DNA from: an uncultured Eubacteriales bacterium
Lineage (GTDB): Bacteria > Bacillota > Clostridia > Christensenellales > Borkfalkiaceae
Direction of reading: 5' to 3'
Length of the DNA stretch: 51,371 nt
Assembly: GCA_905210545.1 (NCBI GenBank)
Contig: CAJLXC010000001.1
Coordinates: 1-51,371 of the forward strand
The notes below the pieces were generated by a model that worked only from the letters and a program-made list of their open reading frames with translations, did no database searches and was not told the origin of the DNA. The translations under genes and the position numbers were made by a program. This document shows, piece after piece, positions 1 to 10,770 of this stretch. The first letter of the stretch is position 1. Each line of letters opens with the position of its first letter.

Positions 1-1
1 A

Positions 2-184
2 AGCGGCACGTCGAAAGGCAAATACGTTGTGGAACGCGAGGTAAAAGACAATAAGGTTTCAATTAAAGTAAATTACAATATTGACGGAAAAACAGGTGTG
101 TTCCATATTCGTGAAATCACGGACGAAAACGGTAATAAGCAATACGAGTATACATTTAGTGATAATGAAATAATAGTTTTCTAA
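2..184 (+). CDS. 3' end of an unidentified protein-coding gene (truncated by window edge)
   Basis: Frame 2 is open from the window edge to TAA 182-184 (...NIDGKTGVFHIREITDENGNKQYEYTFSDNEIIVF*). A hairpin terminator follows. No family recognised. Confidence 0.4.
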   Translation, partial: SGTSKGKYVVEREVKDNKVSIKVNYNIDGKTGVFHIREITDENGNKQYEYTFSDNEIIVF

Positions 185-191
185 ATAACTA

Positions 192-283
192 CCCCCCCGC
201 AAAGCGGGCAAAACTACCTTTGCAGAGCCTTTCAAGTGGTCAAAAGACATAAAAAAACGGCTAAAAACTGTCGTTTTTAGCCG
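192..283 (-). repeat. Copy 1 of a ~90-nt hairpin-plus-conserved-tail repeat (inverted partner at 12558-12647)
   Basis: The reverse complement reads CGGCTAAAAACGACAGTTTTTAGCCG-T7-ATGTCTTTTGACCACTTGAAAGGCTCTGCAAAGG..TTTTGCCCGCTTTGCGGGG. It aligns almost base for base with 12558-12647. Confidence 0.85.
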
Positions 284-289
284 TTTTGG
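251..289. terminator. Bidirectional rho-independent terminator
   Basis: Hairpin CGGCTAAAAAC/GTTTTTAGCCG (258-283) with an A7 run upstream and a T4 run downstream. It lies downstream of the CDS ending at 184. Confidence 0.6.
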
Positions 290-765
290 CGGAATGGCGC
301 CTTGCTTGTACACACCCGCAGTATTTTTAGAAGCACACCTTTCAGCCTGCTGTGCTGTTCTTTCTACGTCTTCGATACTGTCGGGCAATCGCATTTTGGG
401 GTGTATTTTGGTCGGTAAAGTTAAACGCTATGACTACTTCATCTTTATATAAGATACTTCTACGAACTGACTAATCACGGTTGCCATAACGAAAACGACC
501 ACCTCACCGTTGACGCACACATAACGTCGGCGGCGACGAACTTACCAAATATATCGTCAAAACATCTTAAAGTAATCCCGCCATTTTTAAAGGCTCGGCA
601 ACGCTATAATACGCAGCTTTACGATAAACAAATTTTCAATAACCTTAATCGCTTTAATTAAATAAATCGTAGTTTTAAAGTAAAACTAAACTCTTTAAAC
701 AAACAAATCGGTATTTTTAATTAAAATTTTGCCGCAAAACGCAATTAGAGTGCTAAAAATCAAAC

Positions 766-803
766 AAAAAGGTTGAGCTACGAACCGTGACTCAACCTTT
801 TAT
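766..803 (-). terminator. Rho-independent terminator downstream of the lipoprotein gene
   Basis: GGTTGAG...CTCAACC hairpin flanked by A-run and T-run, about 25 nt beyond the stop codon at 828. Confidence 0.6.
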
Positions 804-827
804 ATTTAATTTGTTAAAATTTAGCCG

Positions 828-2102
828 TTACGCTGCGTCCCTTAACGAAACTGAAGATTTTTTAACCGAAATCATCGGACAAACGCCGGTACTCGTTTCT
901 GTATTTATATAGTTTAATCTGGCGGTATCATTATCCCCGGTGCTCGAGAAGTTGCCGTTTTCCGCAACGGCGATATTGCCGGAACGAAGAGAAACCGCCC
1001 CGAATTTTCTACCCTTGTCGTAATTAAACCGTTTGCTCACGGGTTGTTTCTTATAATATCCTTCGCTGAGCTGTGCATTTATAAGCTTATCGACCGCCCT
1101 TGCACCCTGAGCTACGCCGTAATCGGAAATGTTTGTAGCGTGACTGGTTTTTTGCGGAAGAGTATTCTCCGGTGAAAGAGTCACGCCGTACCAGTCGATC
1201 CATTCTTTAAGACTTGGAGTATATACAAAATCTTCGGTGTCGGCAGAGCTTTGATAAAGTTCGAATTCGCTGTAAACCTTGCCGTCGTTTTGCTTAACGA
1301 TGGTCGTATTGTCTACGCTCGATTTAACTATTGTTTCTTTATCCGACGCAGTAAAAGCTGTATCGTAAAAAGTTGCGTTAAGCCATTTGCGGATTGTCGA
1401 TTTTTCCCAAGTTAAAGTATAGTCAACAATGGTTTGGATTTGTCCGTTAACTTTTCCCTTTCTGGTAAGCGCGCCGAAGTATTCGAAATCGTAGGGTTGC
1501 GCGTCGAGAATAATTTTACTCTTTAAAACATAGTTGTCGCCGCTTTCACCCATAACTTGCCAAGTAATCGGCTCGTACTTAAACCAGTAAACGCCACTCG
1601 CCGAGCCGTCTCCCGAATACAAGTTACCGTTGTAACCCTCATAAAAATATCCGTTTTCCACCTGTTCGCAGTTTTTCCTTTGCTTTCTTATAAAGACGCC
1701 GCGGTAATCGTTTTTACCGTCTTTATCGAGATCGATATCTATGTAATACATGGTGTGATCGTCATGCGGGTATTCCACCGTTTCGTTCGAATTATTTTCC
1801 TTTAATCTGGAAACGTATTTGTAGTCGTACAGCGTCCACTTTCCCGGCTCGTCTTTTAAGACGCTTCCGTCTTTTGGGTTTATTAAATATACGGGTAAAT
1901 TGCCGGCAGCGTCGTTAAGCGTAGACAAAGTTGCGTTATCCTTAACTTCGGTTTGCGGATAATAGCCGAATTCGACTTCTTGTACGAATTCATAATCATT
2001 GTTTTTGCCTTTATTACCGCCGCCACAGGCAATAAGCATCGTTGTCGCTATAATCGTCGCGCTCGCAACGCTTATTAAAGAAATGATTTTCTTTTTAAAC
2101 AT
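828..2102 (-). CDS. Putative secreted lipoprotein, function unknown
   Basis: ORF 828..2174 trimmed to ATG 2100-2102, which follows a GGGAG RBS. The N-terminus MFKKKIISLISVASATIIATTMLIAC is a signal peptide plus lipobox Cys. A TTGACA-17-TATTAG promoter candidate lies at about 2160-2194 on the minus strand. Confidence 0.75.
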   Translation of the reverse strand: MFKKKIISLISVASATIIATTMLIACGGGNKGKNNDYEFVQEVEFGYYPQTEVKDNATLSTLNDAAGNLPVYLINPKDGSVLKDEPGKWTLYDYKYVSRLKENNSNETVEYPHDDHTMYYIDIDLDKDGKNDYRGVFIRKQRKNCEQVENGYFYEGYNGNLYSGDGSASGVYWFKYEPITWQVMGESGDNYVLKSKIILDAQPYDFEYFGALTRKGKVNGQIQTIVDYTLTWEKSTIRKWLNATFYDTAFTASDKETIVKSSVDNTTIVKQNDGKVYSEFELYQSSADTEDFVYTPSLKEWIDWYGVTLSPENTLPQKTSHATNISDYGVAQGARAVDKLINAQLSEGYYKKQPVSKRFNYDKGRKFGAVSLRSGNIAVAENGNFSSTGDNDTARLNYINTETSTGVCPMISVKKSSVSLRDAA

Positions 2103-2381
2103 AATATTGCTCCCTTCGAGTGTTAAAGTACTAACTTTACACTCTCCTTTATTTATCAAGCATACTAATAACACTTTCTTTGTAATTTGTCAAACCTTTT
2201 TCAGTAGTTTTAAAACTTTTGAATTTTTTGCGACGTTTTATCTTAATATTTCCCTAATGGGTGTAGTTCGCCCACTGATAATAGAGTACTATCTTTGGTA
2301 GCACTGCGTTTCGTACAAACCCATTGTCAGTGGGGATATAGGTAAAGTGTCGCAACTTGAACTTGCGAAACGTATTCTACG

Positions 2382-2419
2382 GGTGTCGTCCGCAAGCGGC
2401 GACGCCTTTTTATTTTTTT
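2382..2419 (+). terminator. Intrinsic terminator-like hairpin plus long T tract at the end of a structured ~150-nt segment
   Basis: GGTGTCG(T)CCGC-AA-GCGGCGACGCC stem followed by TTTTTATTTTTTTT. A competing upstream copy of GTGTCGC (2347-2353) can pair with the 3' arm. Confidence 0.45.
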
Positions 2420-2440
2420 AATTGTTTGAATGGAGTAGTT

Positions 2441-2727
<287 letters not shown>

Positions 2728-2864
2728 ATATGCGATTTCAAACTACCGGCCACATATAGCCGTCAATTTAAAATCTCTCGGAATATAGTTTGGTTTTAGC
2801 ATAAAACCAAGTCTTTTGCGAGCGTTTTATCGTATTTTCAGCGTTTTTATTTAAAATTCGTCAT

Positions 2865-3271
2865 TTAATTTACGTGTTCTTTGGCTTTTAAACGGTTAAG
2901 CGCACGGGCTATTTTGATTTCCGCCGACAAAACGTTAAACCGACTTTTCTTTCTCGCGATTTCGTCTTTCGCCTCCTTAAGCGCGTTCTTTGCCCAGGCT
3001 TCGTTTACGTCTTTCGCGTTTTCGCACGATTCGACAAGCATAAGCACTTTTCCGTTTTCGATTTTCACAATCCCCGAAGCGACGAACGCCACGATTTTTT
3101 CTCCGTTTTCCGCCTTAACTTCCGCAACGCCCGGAATGACGGCGATAACCGCGTTACAGTGATTTGCGAGAATCCCGTACTGTCCGTCCGCGGAGGGAAC
3201 GACGAGAGAGGCGCACTCTCCGTCATAAAAAACCTTGTCCGCGGCGAGAAGCTTTAAAGAAAAAACTGCCA

Positions 3272-3272
<1 letters not shown>
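2865..3272 (-). CDS. atpC: F1 ATP synthase epsilon subunit
   Basis: 135 aa, last gene of the operon. Typical epsilon N-terminal beta-sandwich pattern (LKLLAADKVFYDGECASLVVPSADGQYGILANH). Confidence 0.9.
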
Positions 3273-5539
<2,267 letters not shown>

Positions 5540-5547
<8 letters not shown>

Positions 5548-7270
5548 TGTTTTCGGATAAAAACTTTTTCGCTTCCGAAACGATTATTTCCTTATCGTCG
5601 TCGGACAGCGTTTTGCCGTTTTCGATATTCGATATCACGTCGACGCGACATTCTTCGAAATAAGGTAAAAACCTGCCGAAAAACGGACGTATTTCTTTCA
5701 CGCCGAGACCCGTCGTGATTTTAGCGAGCGATACGACAAGAATTACTATCTCTTCCCATTCGCGATAAGGTTTCTGAAGCGGTTGCACGAGAATTTCGGT
5801 AAGCGCTCTGCCGAATTCGAACTGGCGTTTCACCGACTCGTCAAGATCGCCTGAGAACTGAGCGAACGTTTTCATTTCGCGGTACTGCGCTAGCTCGAGA
5901 CGAAGCGAGCCGACCGCCTTTTTCATAGCTTTAGTCTGCGCGCTTCCCCCGACTCTCGAAACGGAAAGACCGACGTTCACCGCGGGGCGTTGTCCCGACA
6001 AAAACAACTCGCTTTCGAGGAACAACTGTCCGTCGGTTATGGAAATTACGTTTGTCGGAATATAAGCGGAAATATCTCCGCCGAGCGTTTCGACAATCGG
6101 GAGCGCGGTCATACTTCCGCCGCCTTTTTTCTCGCTTAAATGAGCCGAGCGCTCTAAAAGTCTCGAATGGAGATAGAATATATCGCCGGGATAAGCTTCA
6201 CGCCCCGGGCTTCTGCCGAGAAGAAGAGAAAGAGTTCTGTAAGCCACGGCGTGTTTGCTAAGATCGTCGTAAACGATAAGAACGTCTTTCCCTTCGTTCA
6301 TAAAGTATTCGGCGATGGCGCAAGCCGAAAACGGAGAGATATATTGAAGCGAAGCCGAATCGGACGCGGCGGAAAACACAACGACGGTGTAATCGAGCGC
6401 GCCGCTTTCTTCGAACATTTTTACTGTTCTCTTCACCGTGCTTGCTTTCTGTCCGATCGCGCAGTAAACGCAGATGACGTTTTTGCCTTTTTGATTGATT
6501 ATCGTATCGGTTGCGACGCTCGTTTTTCCCGTCTGACGGTCGCCGATTATGAGTTCACGCTGACCTTTACCGACTGGGAACATCGCGTCAATTGTTAAAA
6601 TACCCGTTTTAAGCGGTTTATTTACGGGGCTTCTGTCTATAATGGCGGGCGCGGGACTTTCGATCGGCATATATTTGTTTGCCGCAAAAGAGCCTTTCCC
6701 GTCTATGGGTTCGCCGAGCGCGTTCACTACTCTTCCTATTATTTCTTCGGACACGGGGATTCCCGCCGTTTTGCCCGTTTTATAAACGTTTTCGCCCGCG
6801 ACTATGTTGTCGCCGTCGAAAAGAACGCAACCCGTTTTCTTTTCGGAAAGGTCGAGCGCAAGTCCTTTTTCGCCACCTTCGAAAGCGAGGATATCGCCGT
6901 ATTTAACGCCGCTGAGCCCCTCGATTTCGGCAACGCCGTCGGCAACCGAGCAAACCTTGCCTATTTCCTCGGGCAAAGCGCGCGGCTTCCATTTTCCGAC
7001 CGTTTCTTTCACGAGCGAAATGTAATCGCCGCTTTTATCCGTTTCGTCGATCGCCGTTTTAAGGCTTCTTAAAAGTCCTTCGGGCGTGTTGTCGTAGACC
7101 TCGTTAAGAATTTTCAGAACGAAGCCTTTTTTTACGCTTTCGTCCTTAACCCACACGATATCGACGGGGCGATCGAGCTTTGTCCGAAAGAATTCGGCGA
7201 GCTTGATTTTTTCTTCCGCCGTCGGTTCATTAACGGACAAAAACTCACCTATAACACGATTATCAGCCAT
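5540..7270 (-). CDS. atpA: F1 ATP synthase alpha subunit with a ~80-aa N-terminal delta(OSCP)-like extension
   Basis: 576 aa with Walker A GDRQTGKT and alpha pattern from about residue 85 onward. Residues ~5-75 resemble the C-terminal domain of subunit delta. The ATG overlaps the atpF stop. Confidence 0.93.
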
Positions 7271-7757
7271 TTTTTATATTCTCCGATATAAATCCGTCCA
7301 CCGAGCAAGCCGCCTCGATTTTCTCTTTCGCGGCTTTCGTTATAACGTCCGAAAGTTCTTCTTTCGCCTGTTCTTCGGCGCGCTTTTTTACCTCTTCCGC
7401 TTTTATATTCGCCTTTTTCAGCGTGTCGGAAGCGTCCTCTTCGGCGGACTTTAAAATCCTTTCGCTTTCCGCTCTCGCGTCGGCTATTATAAGGCGTTTC
7501 TTTTCCGCAGTTTCTTCGTCGACTTTGCTTAAAAGCTCGTCGTAAGTCTCTTTTTCCTTTTCTGCCGCGGCAAGGGTCGCTTTGCTGCGCTCGTCCTGTT
7601 CTTCGTAATATTTTTTGCGTTTTTCCATAAATTTCTTCACGGGGTTATAAAGCAAAAAATAAAGGATAAGAAAGAGAATGACGAGGTTAAGCAAATGCAG
7701 AAGTATCTGCCGCCAGTCTATATTCAGCGGGATTCCGCTTAAAAGGAGATTATACAT
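7263..7757 (-). CDS. atpF: Fo ATP synthase b subunit
   Basis: ORF 7263..7796 trimmed to ATG 7755-7757, which follows an AAGGTGA RBS just after the atpE stop. One N-terminal TM helix, then a long charged coiled coil. Confidence 0.85.
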   Translation of the reverse strand: MYNLLLSGIPLNIDWRQILLHLLNLVILFLILYFLLYNPVKKFMEKRKKYYEEQDERSKATLAAAEKEKETYDELLSKVDEETAEKKRLIIADARAESERILKSAEEDASDTLKKANIKAEEVKKRAEEQAKEELSDVITKAAKEKIEAACSVDGFISENIKNG

Positions 7758-7767
7758 AACTTTCACC

Positions 7768-8184
7768 TTACAATACGAATATGACGAGGATTGCAACTAT
7801 AAGCGCGTAAATTATTGCCGTTTCTATGAATACCAGACCGAGCATAAGACCCGATTTTATCTGCGAAGTCGCTTCGGGCTGACGGGCGATCGCTTCGTTG
7901 GACTTAGCTATCGCAATACCCATTGCAAGCGCGCCGAGCGCAGCCGCAAGACCAACGCAGATACCCGCGGCTATTGCTTTGCTTCCTTTAGAATTGTCCC
8001 GATTTTCCGTAGCCGACGTTTCGGTTTCTGCCGGGATTACAACTTCGTTTTCCGCATAAGTCACCGCTTCGGCTTGTTCGTTATTTGTAGCATACGCAAC
8101 GGATTTCACCGCGGGAACGGCGATAACGGTCAAAAGCGCAGCGGCGCAAAGAATCAATAAAACACGTTTGAAAATTTTAAGCAT
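7768..8184 (-). CDS. atpE: Fo ATP synthase c subunit with an unusual ~65-aa N-terminal extension
   Basis: The C-terminal ~72 aa form a canonical c hairpin (ARQPE loop, carboxylate in FIETAIIY). The N-terminus is signal-peptide-like plus an acidic Thr/Glu-rich linker. The start overlaps the atpB stop. Confidence 0.85.
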   Translation of the reverse strand: MLKIFKRVLLILCAAALLTVIAVPAVKSVAYATNNEQAEAVTYAENEVVIPAETETSATENRDNSKGSKAIAAGICVGLAAALGALAMGIAIAKSNEAIARQPEATSQIKSGLMLGLVFIETAIIYALIVAILVIFVL

Positions 8185-9010
8185 TTTTTATTACCTCTTT
8201 CTTATTTTTTATATTTATCATTTTCTTTTCCGAAACTTCTCCGTAGAAAAGAGAAGTGAGCATCGTTAAAACGTAAGCCTGAATGAGCGCGTGCAAAAGC
8301 GTGAACATAACGCCGACCACGACGGGCAGGACGAACGACAACGCCGAGAAATAATACACAAGCTCGGTTACGAGCGCACCCGACAAAAGCGCGCCGAACA
8401 GACGAAAGCTCATAGATATGGGCAGCGAGAAATCTTTTAAAGTTTTCCCTACTCCTTTGATACCGTTGGAAACTATTCCCCCGCCCAGAATCACGAGGTA
8501 CGATACACAACCCATCGTTATCGCACCGTTTATATCCGCAAGCGGCGCGGGAAGCGAAACCGAACGGTTAAGCGTCGTTACAGCCTGAAGTCCTAAAAGC
8601 TCGAACAGCGTTCCTATGAATATATAGGCGGCTGCCGTAAAAATGTACGCTCCCAGAAATTTGTTTCTGCCGGGACTGCTGCTCTTTGCCATATCGTCGA
8701 AAGTACCGACCGCGGTTTCTAAAACGAGCTGGAATTTTTTCGGAACGTAAGTGAATTTCGGGATAACGAAAATCCTTACGATAAGCGAAAAGACAAATAT
8801 CACGCCCGTTACCGTAAATGCGGAAACAAGTCCGGGATTTACTTCAAGCCCGAAAAGATTTATCTTATTCGTTTCGTGCAGAACCTCGTCGCGCATGGTT
8901 CCGTTTATACTCTCGCCGTTTTCTTTCGCGGGGATAAGGAATATCCCTACAAGAAGCGCGGCTATGATTATAAGCCCCGTGACGAGAACGATTATTTTTT
9001 TCTTTTTCAT
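8177..9010 (-). CDS. atpB: Fo ATP synthase a subunit
   Basis: 277 aa, polytopic. The conserved arginine helix is MSFRLFGALLSGALV. First atp gene of the cluster. Confidence 0.9.
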   Translation of the reverse strand: MKKKKIIVLVTGLIIIAALLVGIFLIPAKENGESINGTMRDEVLHETNKINLFGLEVNPGLVSAFTVTGVIFVFSLIVRIFVIPKFTYVPKKFQLVLETAVGTFDDMAKSSSPGRNKFLGAYIFTAAAYIFIGTLFELLGLQAVTTLNRSVSLPAPLADINGAITMGCVSYLVILGGGIVSNGIKGVGKTLKDFSLPISMSFRLFGALLSGALVTELVYYFSALSFVLPVVVGVMFTLLHALIQAYVLTMLTSLFYGEVSEKKMINIKNKKEVIKNA

Positions 9011-9738
9011 AAGTTCACCTCCTCTGTATCCGATTTTTCGGCTTCCGCTTTCCCCGTTTCCGCCCCGTTCTCTTTATCGGCGTTTTCTTTACCGATAAAC
9101 GCGAGCAACGCTATAAACGTAAGCGCGGCGGAAAACATAATCGCATAGTTTCCGAAAGCTTTCTGCAGAAGATACCCCGCGCCCGCTCCGACGGCGAATA
9201 TTGCGACGACTGCGAGATACAATCCGAAACGCTTTAATGCCGATTTATCTTTTTTTGCGATCGCCGTAACGAACGAACCCGACATACGGACGATATTTCC
9301 GATACACATCGTGCTTGCGAAATCGTTGCCATAAATCCGGTCGAAGGAAAGCACCTGCATCGCGCAAGCGAGAGATATGAGAGCATTGGCGTACAGATTC
9401 ATACTTTGCGGCATAAACCCGACCGCAAACAGCGTAACCGATTCGACAAGCAGAACAACCTCTTTCCAGAATACTTTTCTTTTGTCGAACAGGAAAAAGA
9501 GAGTTTTTGCGAGAATCGCTCCGAGCGCGAAAAACGCTACGGGAACGAGGTATTTCAGTACGCCCGCCATATCTCCGTTTACCAGATTAACGCTTAAAAA
9601 CACTATATTCCCCGTCTGCGCGTTCGCAAAAACGCCGTCGCGGCAAAAATAAGAATAAGCGTCCTGCAATCCGCCCGATATTATAATGAATACGAGCATT
9701 AGCATAGATTGCGAAATTTTGTTTTTTGTCTTTTTCAT
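9007..9738 (-). CDS. DUF1275/YoaK-family membrane protein
   Basis: 243 aa, multi-TM, with the motif GGLQDAYSYF...VFANAQTGNIVF typical of YoaK-like proteins. ATGA overlap with the atpB start. Good RBS (AAGGAAG). Confidence 0.7.
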   Translation of the reverse strand: MKKTKNKISQSMLMLVFIIISGGLQDAYSYFCRDGVFANAQTGNIVFLSVNLVNGDMAGVLKYLVPVAFFALGAILAKTLFFLFDKRKVFWKEVVLLVESVTLFAVGFMPQSMNLYANALISLACAMQVLSFDRIYGNDFASTMCIGNIVRMSGSFVTAIAKKDKSALKRFGLYLAVVAIFAVGAGAGYLLQKAFGNYAIMFSAALTFIALLAFIGKENADKENGAETGKAEAEKSDTEEVNL

Positions 9739-9747
9739 AAAACTTCC

Positions 9748-9776
9748 TTGACATATCTTACATATTACAGTATAAT
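9748..9776 (+). promoter_or_regulatory. Consensus sigma-A promoter directed at the LysR gene
   Basis: TTGACA (9748-9753), a 17-nt spacer, then TATAAT (9771-9776). Confidence 0.6.
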
Positions 9777-9797
9777 CCTTTCGTAGATATCTGTAAA
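9769..9797 (-). promoter_or_regulatory. Sigma-A type promoter directed at yoaK-like/atp genes; its -10 overlaps the divergent promoter's -10
   Basis: On the minus strand: TTTACA, a 17-nt spacer, then TATACT. The -10 occupies 9769-9774. Confidence 0.55.
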
Positions 9798-9848
9798 ATA
9801 TATATTTATAATGCTTGCCATTTATTTTTGATATGGAGAAAAGTCAAA

Positions 9849-10736
9849 GTGAACACTAATTTCGAAAACTATAAAACCTTTTATTTCGTAGCGAAATACG
9901 GCAATATCACCGCCGCGGCGGAGGCGTTATACTCCGAACAACCCAACGTTACGAGGGCGATAAAAAATCTCGAACGGGATCTCGGGTGCGTGTTGTTCAC
10001 GCGCTCTAACAAAGGCGTTACGCTGACCCCCGAGGGCGAAAAACTATATAGGAGAGTTTCTATCGCATATGAACAGATCGCCGCCGCAGAGGAAGAACTT
10101 TCGCGTTATAACGGTTTCGAAGAGGGAATTTTAAGAATAGGCGTTTCGGAAACCGCCCTGCACGAAGTTCTGCTTTCCGCGCTTTGCAAGTTTCACTCTT
10201 TATACCCTAAAATCAAATTCAATCTTATCAACCTTACCAACGCTCAGGCTATCGGCGCGGTTAAAAATCAGGCGGTGGATTTCGTGCTTATCGCAACGCC
10301 TTTCGACCTCGATAAATCCCTGAAATCCGTTCCGATAAAGAAATTTCAGGATATCGTCGTTTGCGGGGAAAGATACAAATATCTCACGGGTGAAAAAGTA
10401 AGGCTGGAAGAGCTTACGAAACACTGTATCGTCAGCCTTAACAAAACAAGCAAAACTTACGAATATTACAGAAAAATATTCGGAAAATACGGGCTCGAAT
10501 TTTTGCCGGACATCGAAGTTTCCACGTCAAATCAGATTCTGCCGATCGTTCAGAACAATTTAGGGATAGGATTTATCCCCGCTTCGTTTGCCGAAAAGGA
10601 AATCGCAAACGGCGAAGTTTTCAGGCTCGAAACGGAAGAAACAATTTTCCCGCGCGAAGTTTGCCTTATAAAACGCGCCGATTTTTCCTTATCCGTCGCC
10701 GCCAAAGAATTTGAAAAATTATTGACTGAATCTTAA
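9849..10736 (+). CDS. LysR-family transcriptional regulator
   Basis: N-terminal wHTH (FYFVAKYGNITAAAEALYSEQPNVTRAIKNLERDLGCVLFTR) plus a substrate-binding domain. GTG 9849 lies 8 nt after GGAGA; the ORF track starts at TTG 9828. Confidence 0.88.
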   Translation: MNTNFENYKTFYFVAKYGNITAAAEALYSEQPNVTRAIKNLERDLGCVLFTRSNKGVTLTPEGEKLYRRVSIAYEQIAAAEEELSRYNGFEEGILRIGVSETALHEVLLSALCKFHSLYPKIKFNLINLTNAQAIGAVKNQAVDFVLIATPFDLDKSLKSVPIKKFQDIVVCGERYKYLTGEKVRLEELTKHCIVSLNKTSKTYEYYRKIFGKYGLEFLPDIEVSTSNQILPIVQNNLGIGFIPASFAEKEIANGEVFRLETEETIFPREVCLIKRADFSLSVAAKEFEKLLTES

Positions 10737-10740
10737 AAAA

Positions 10741-10770
10741 AAACGGTTCTTTTGAAAGAACCGTTTTTTT
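10741..10770 (+). terminator. Rho-independent terminator of the LysR gene
   Basis: AAACGGTTCTT-TTGA-AAGAACCGTTT hairpin followed by a T7 run, directly after the stop codon. Confidence 0.8.

Noticed and set aside
192-250. A mini-ORF MSFDH(L/S)KGSAK... that starts right after the T-run in both copies of the 90-nt repeat.
   Set aside because: It has no RBS. The two copies differ by an indel that breaks the frame and by mostly non-synonymous changes. Copy 2 gives 22 aa, whereas copy 1 runs on into unrelated sequence. It is more likely RNA or DNA-level conservation.
59-394. A 111-aa minus-strand ORF at the left edge.
   Set aside because: It reads through a terminator hairpin and the dispersed repeat. 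It is also antisense to the 3' end of the + strand CDS ending at 184. It has no RBS and no recognisable fold.
395-827. A 430-bp gap with no ORF of 60 aa or more. I looked for a degraded gene, for example toxin-antitoxin-like fragments such as ...VVVFVMATVISQFVEVSYIKMK on the minus strand.
   Set aside because: Only short stop-riddled fragments are present, with no motif I can assign. Gene remnants remain possible but are unsupported.
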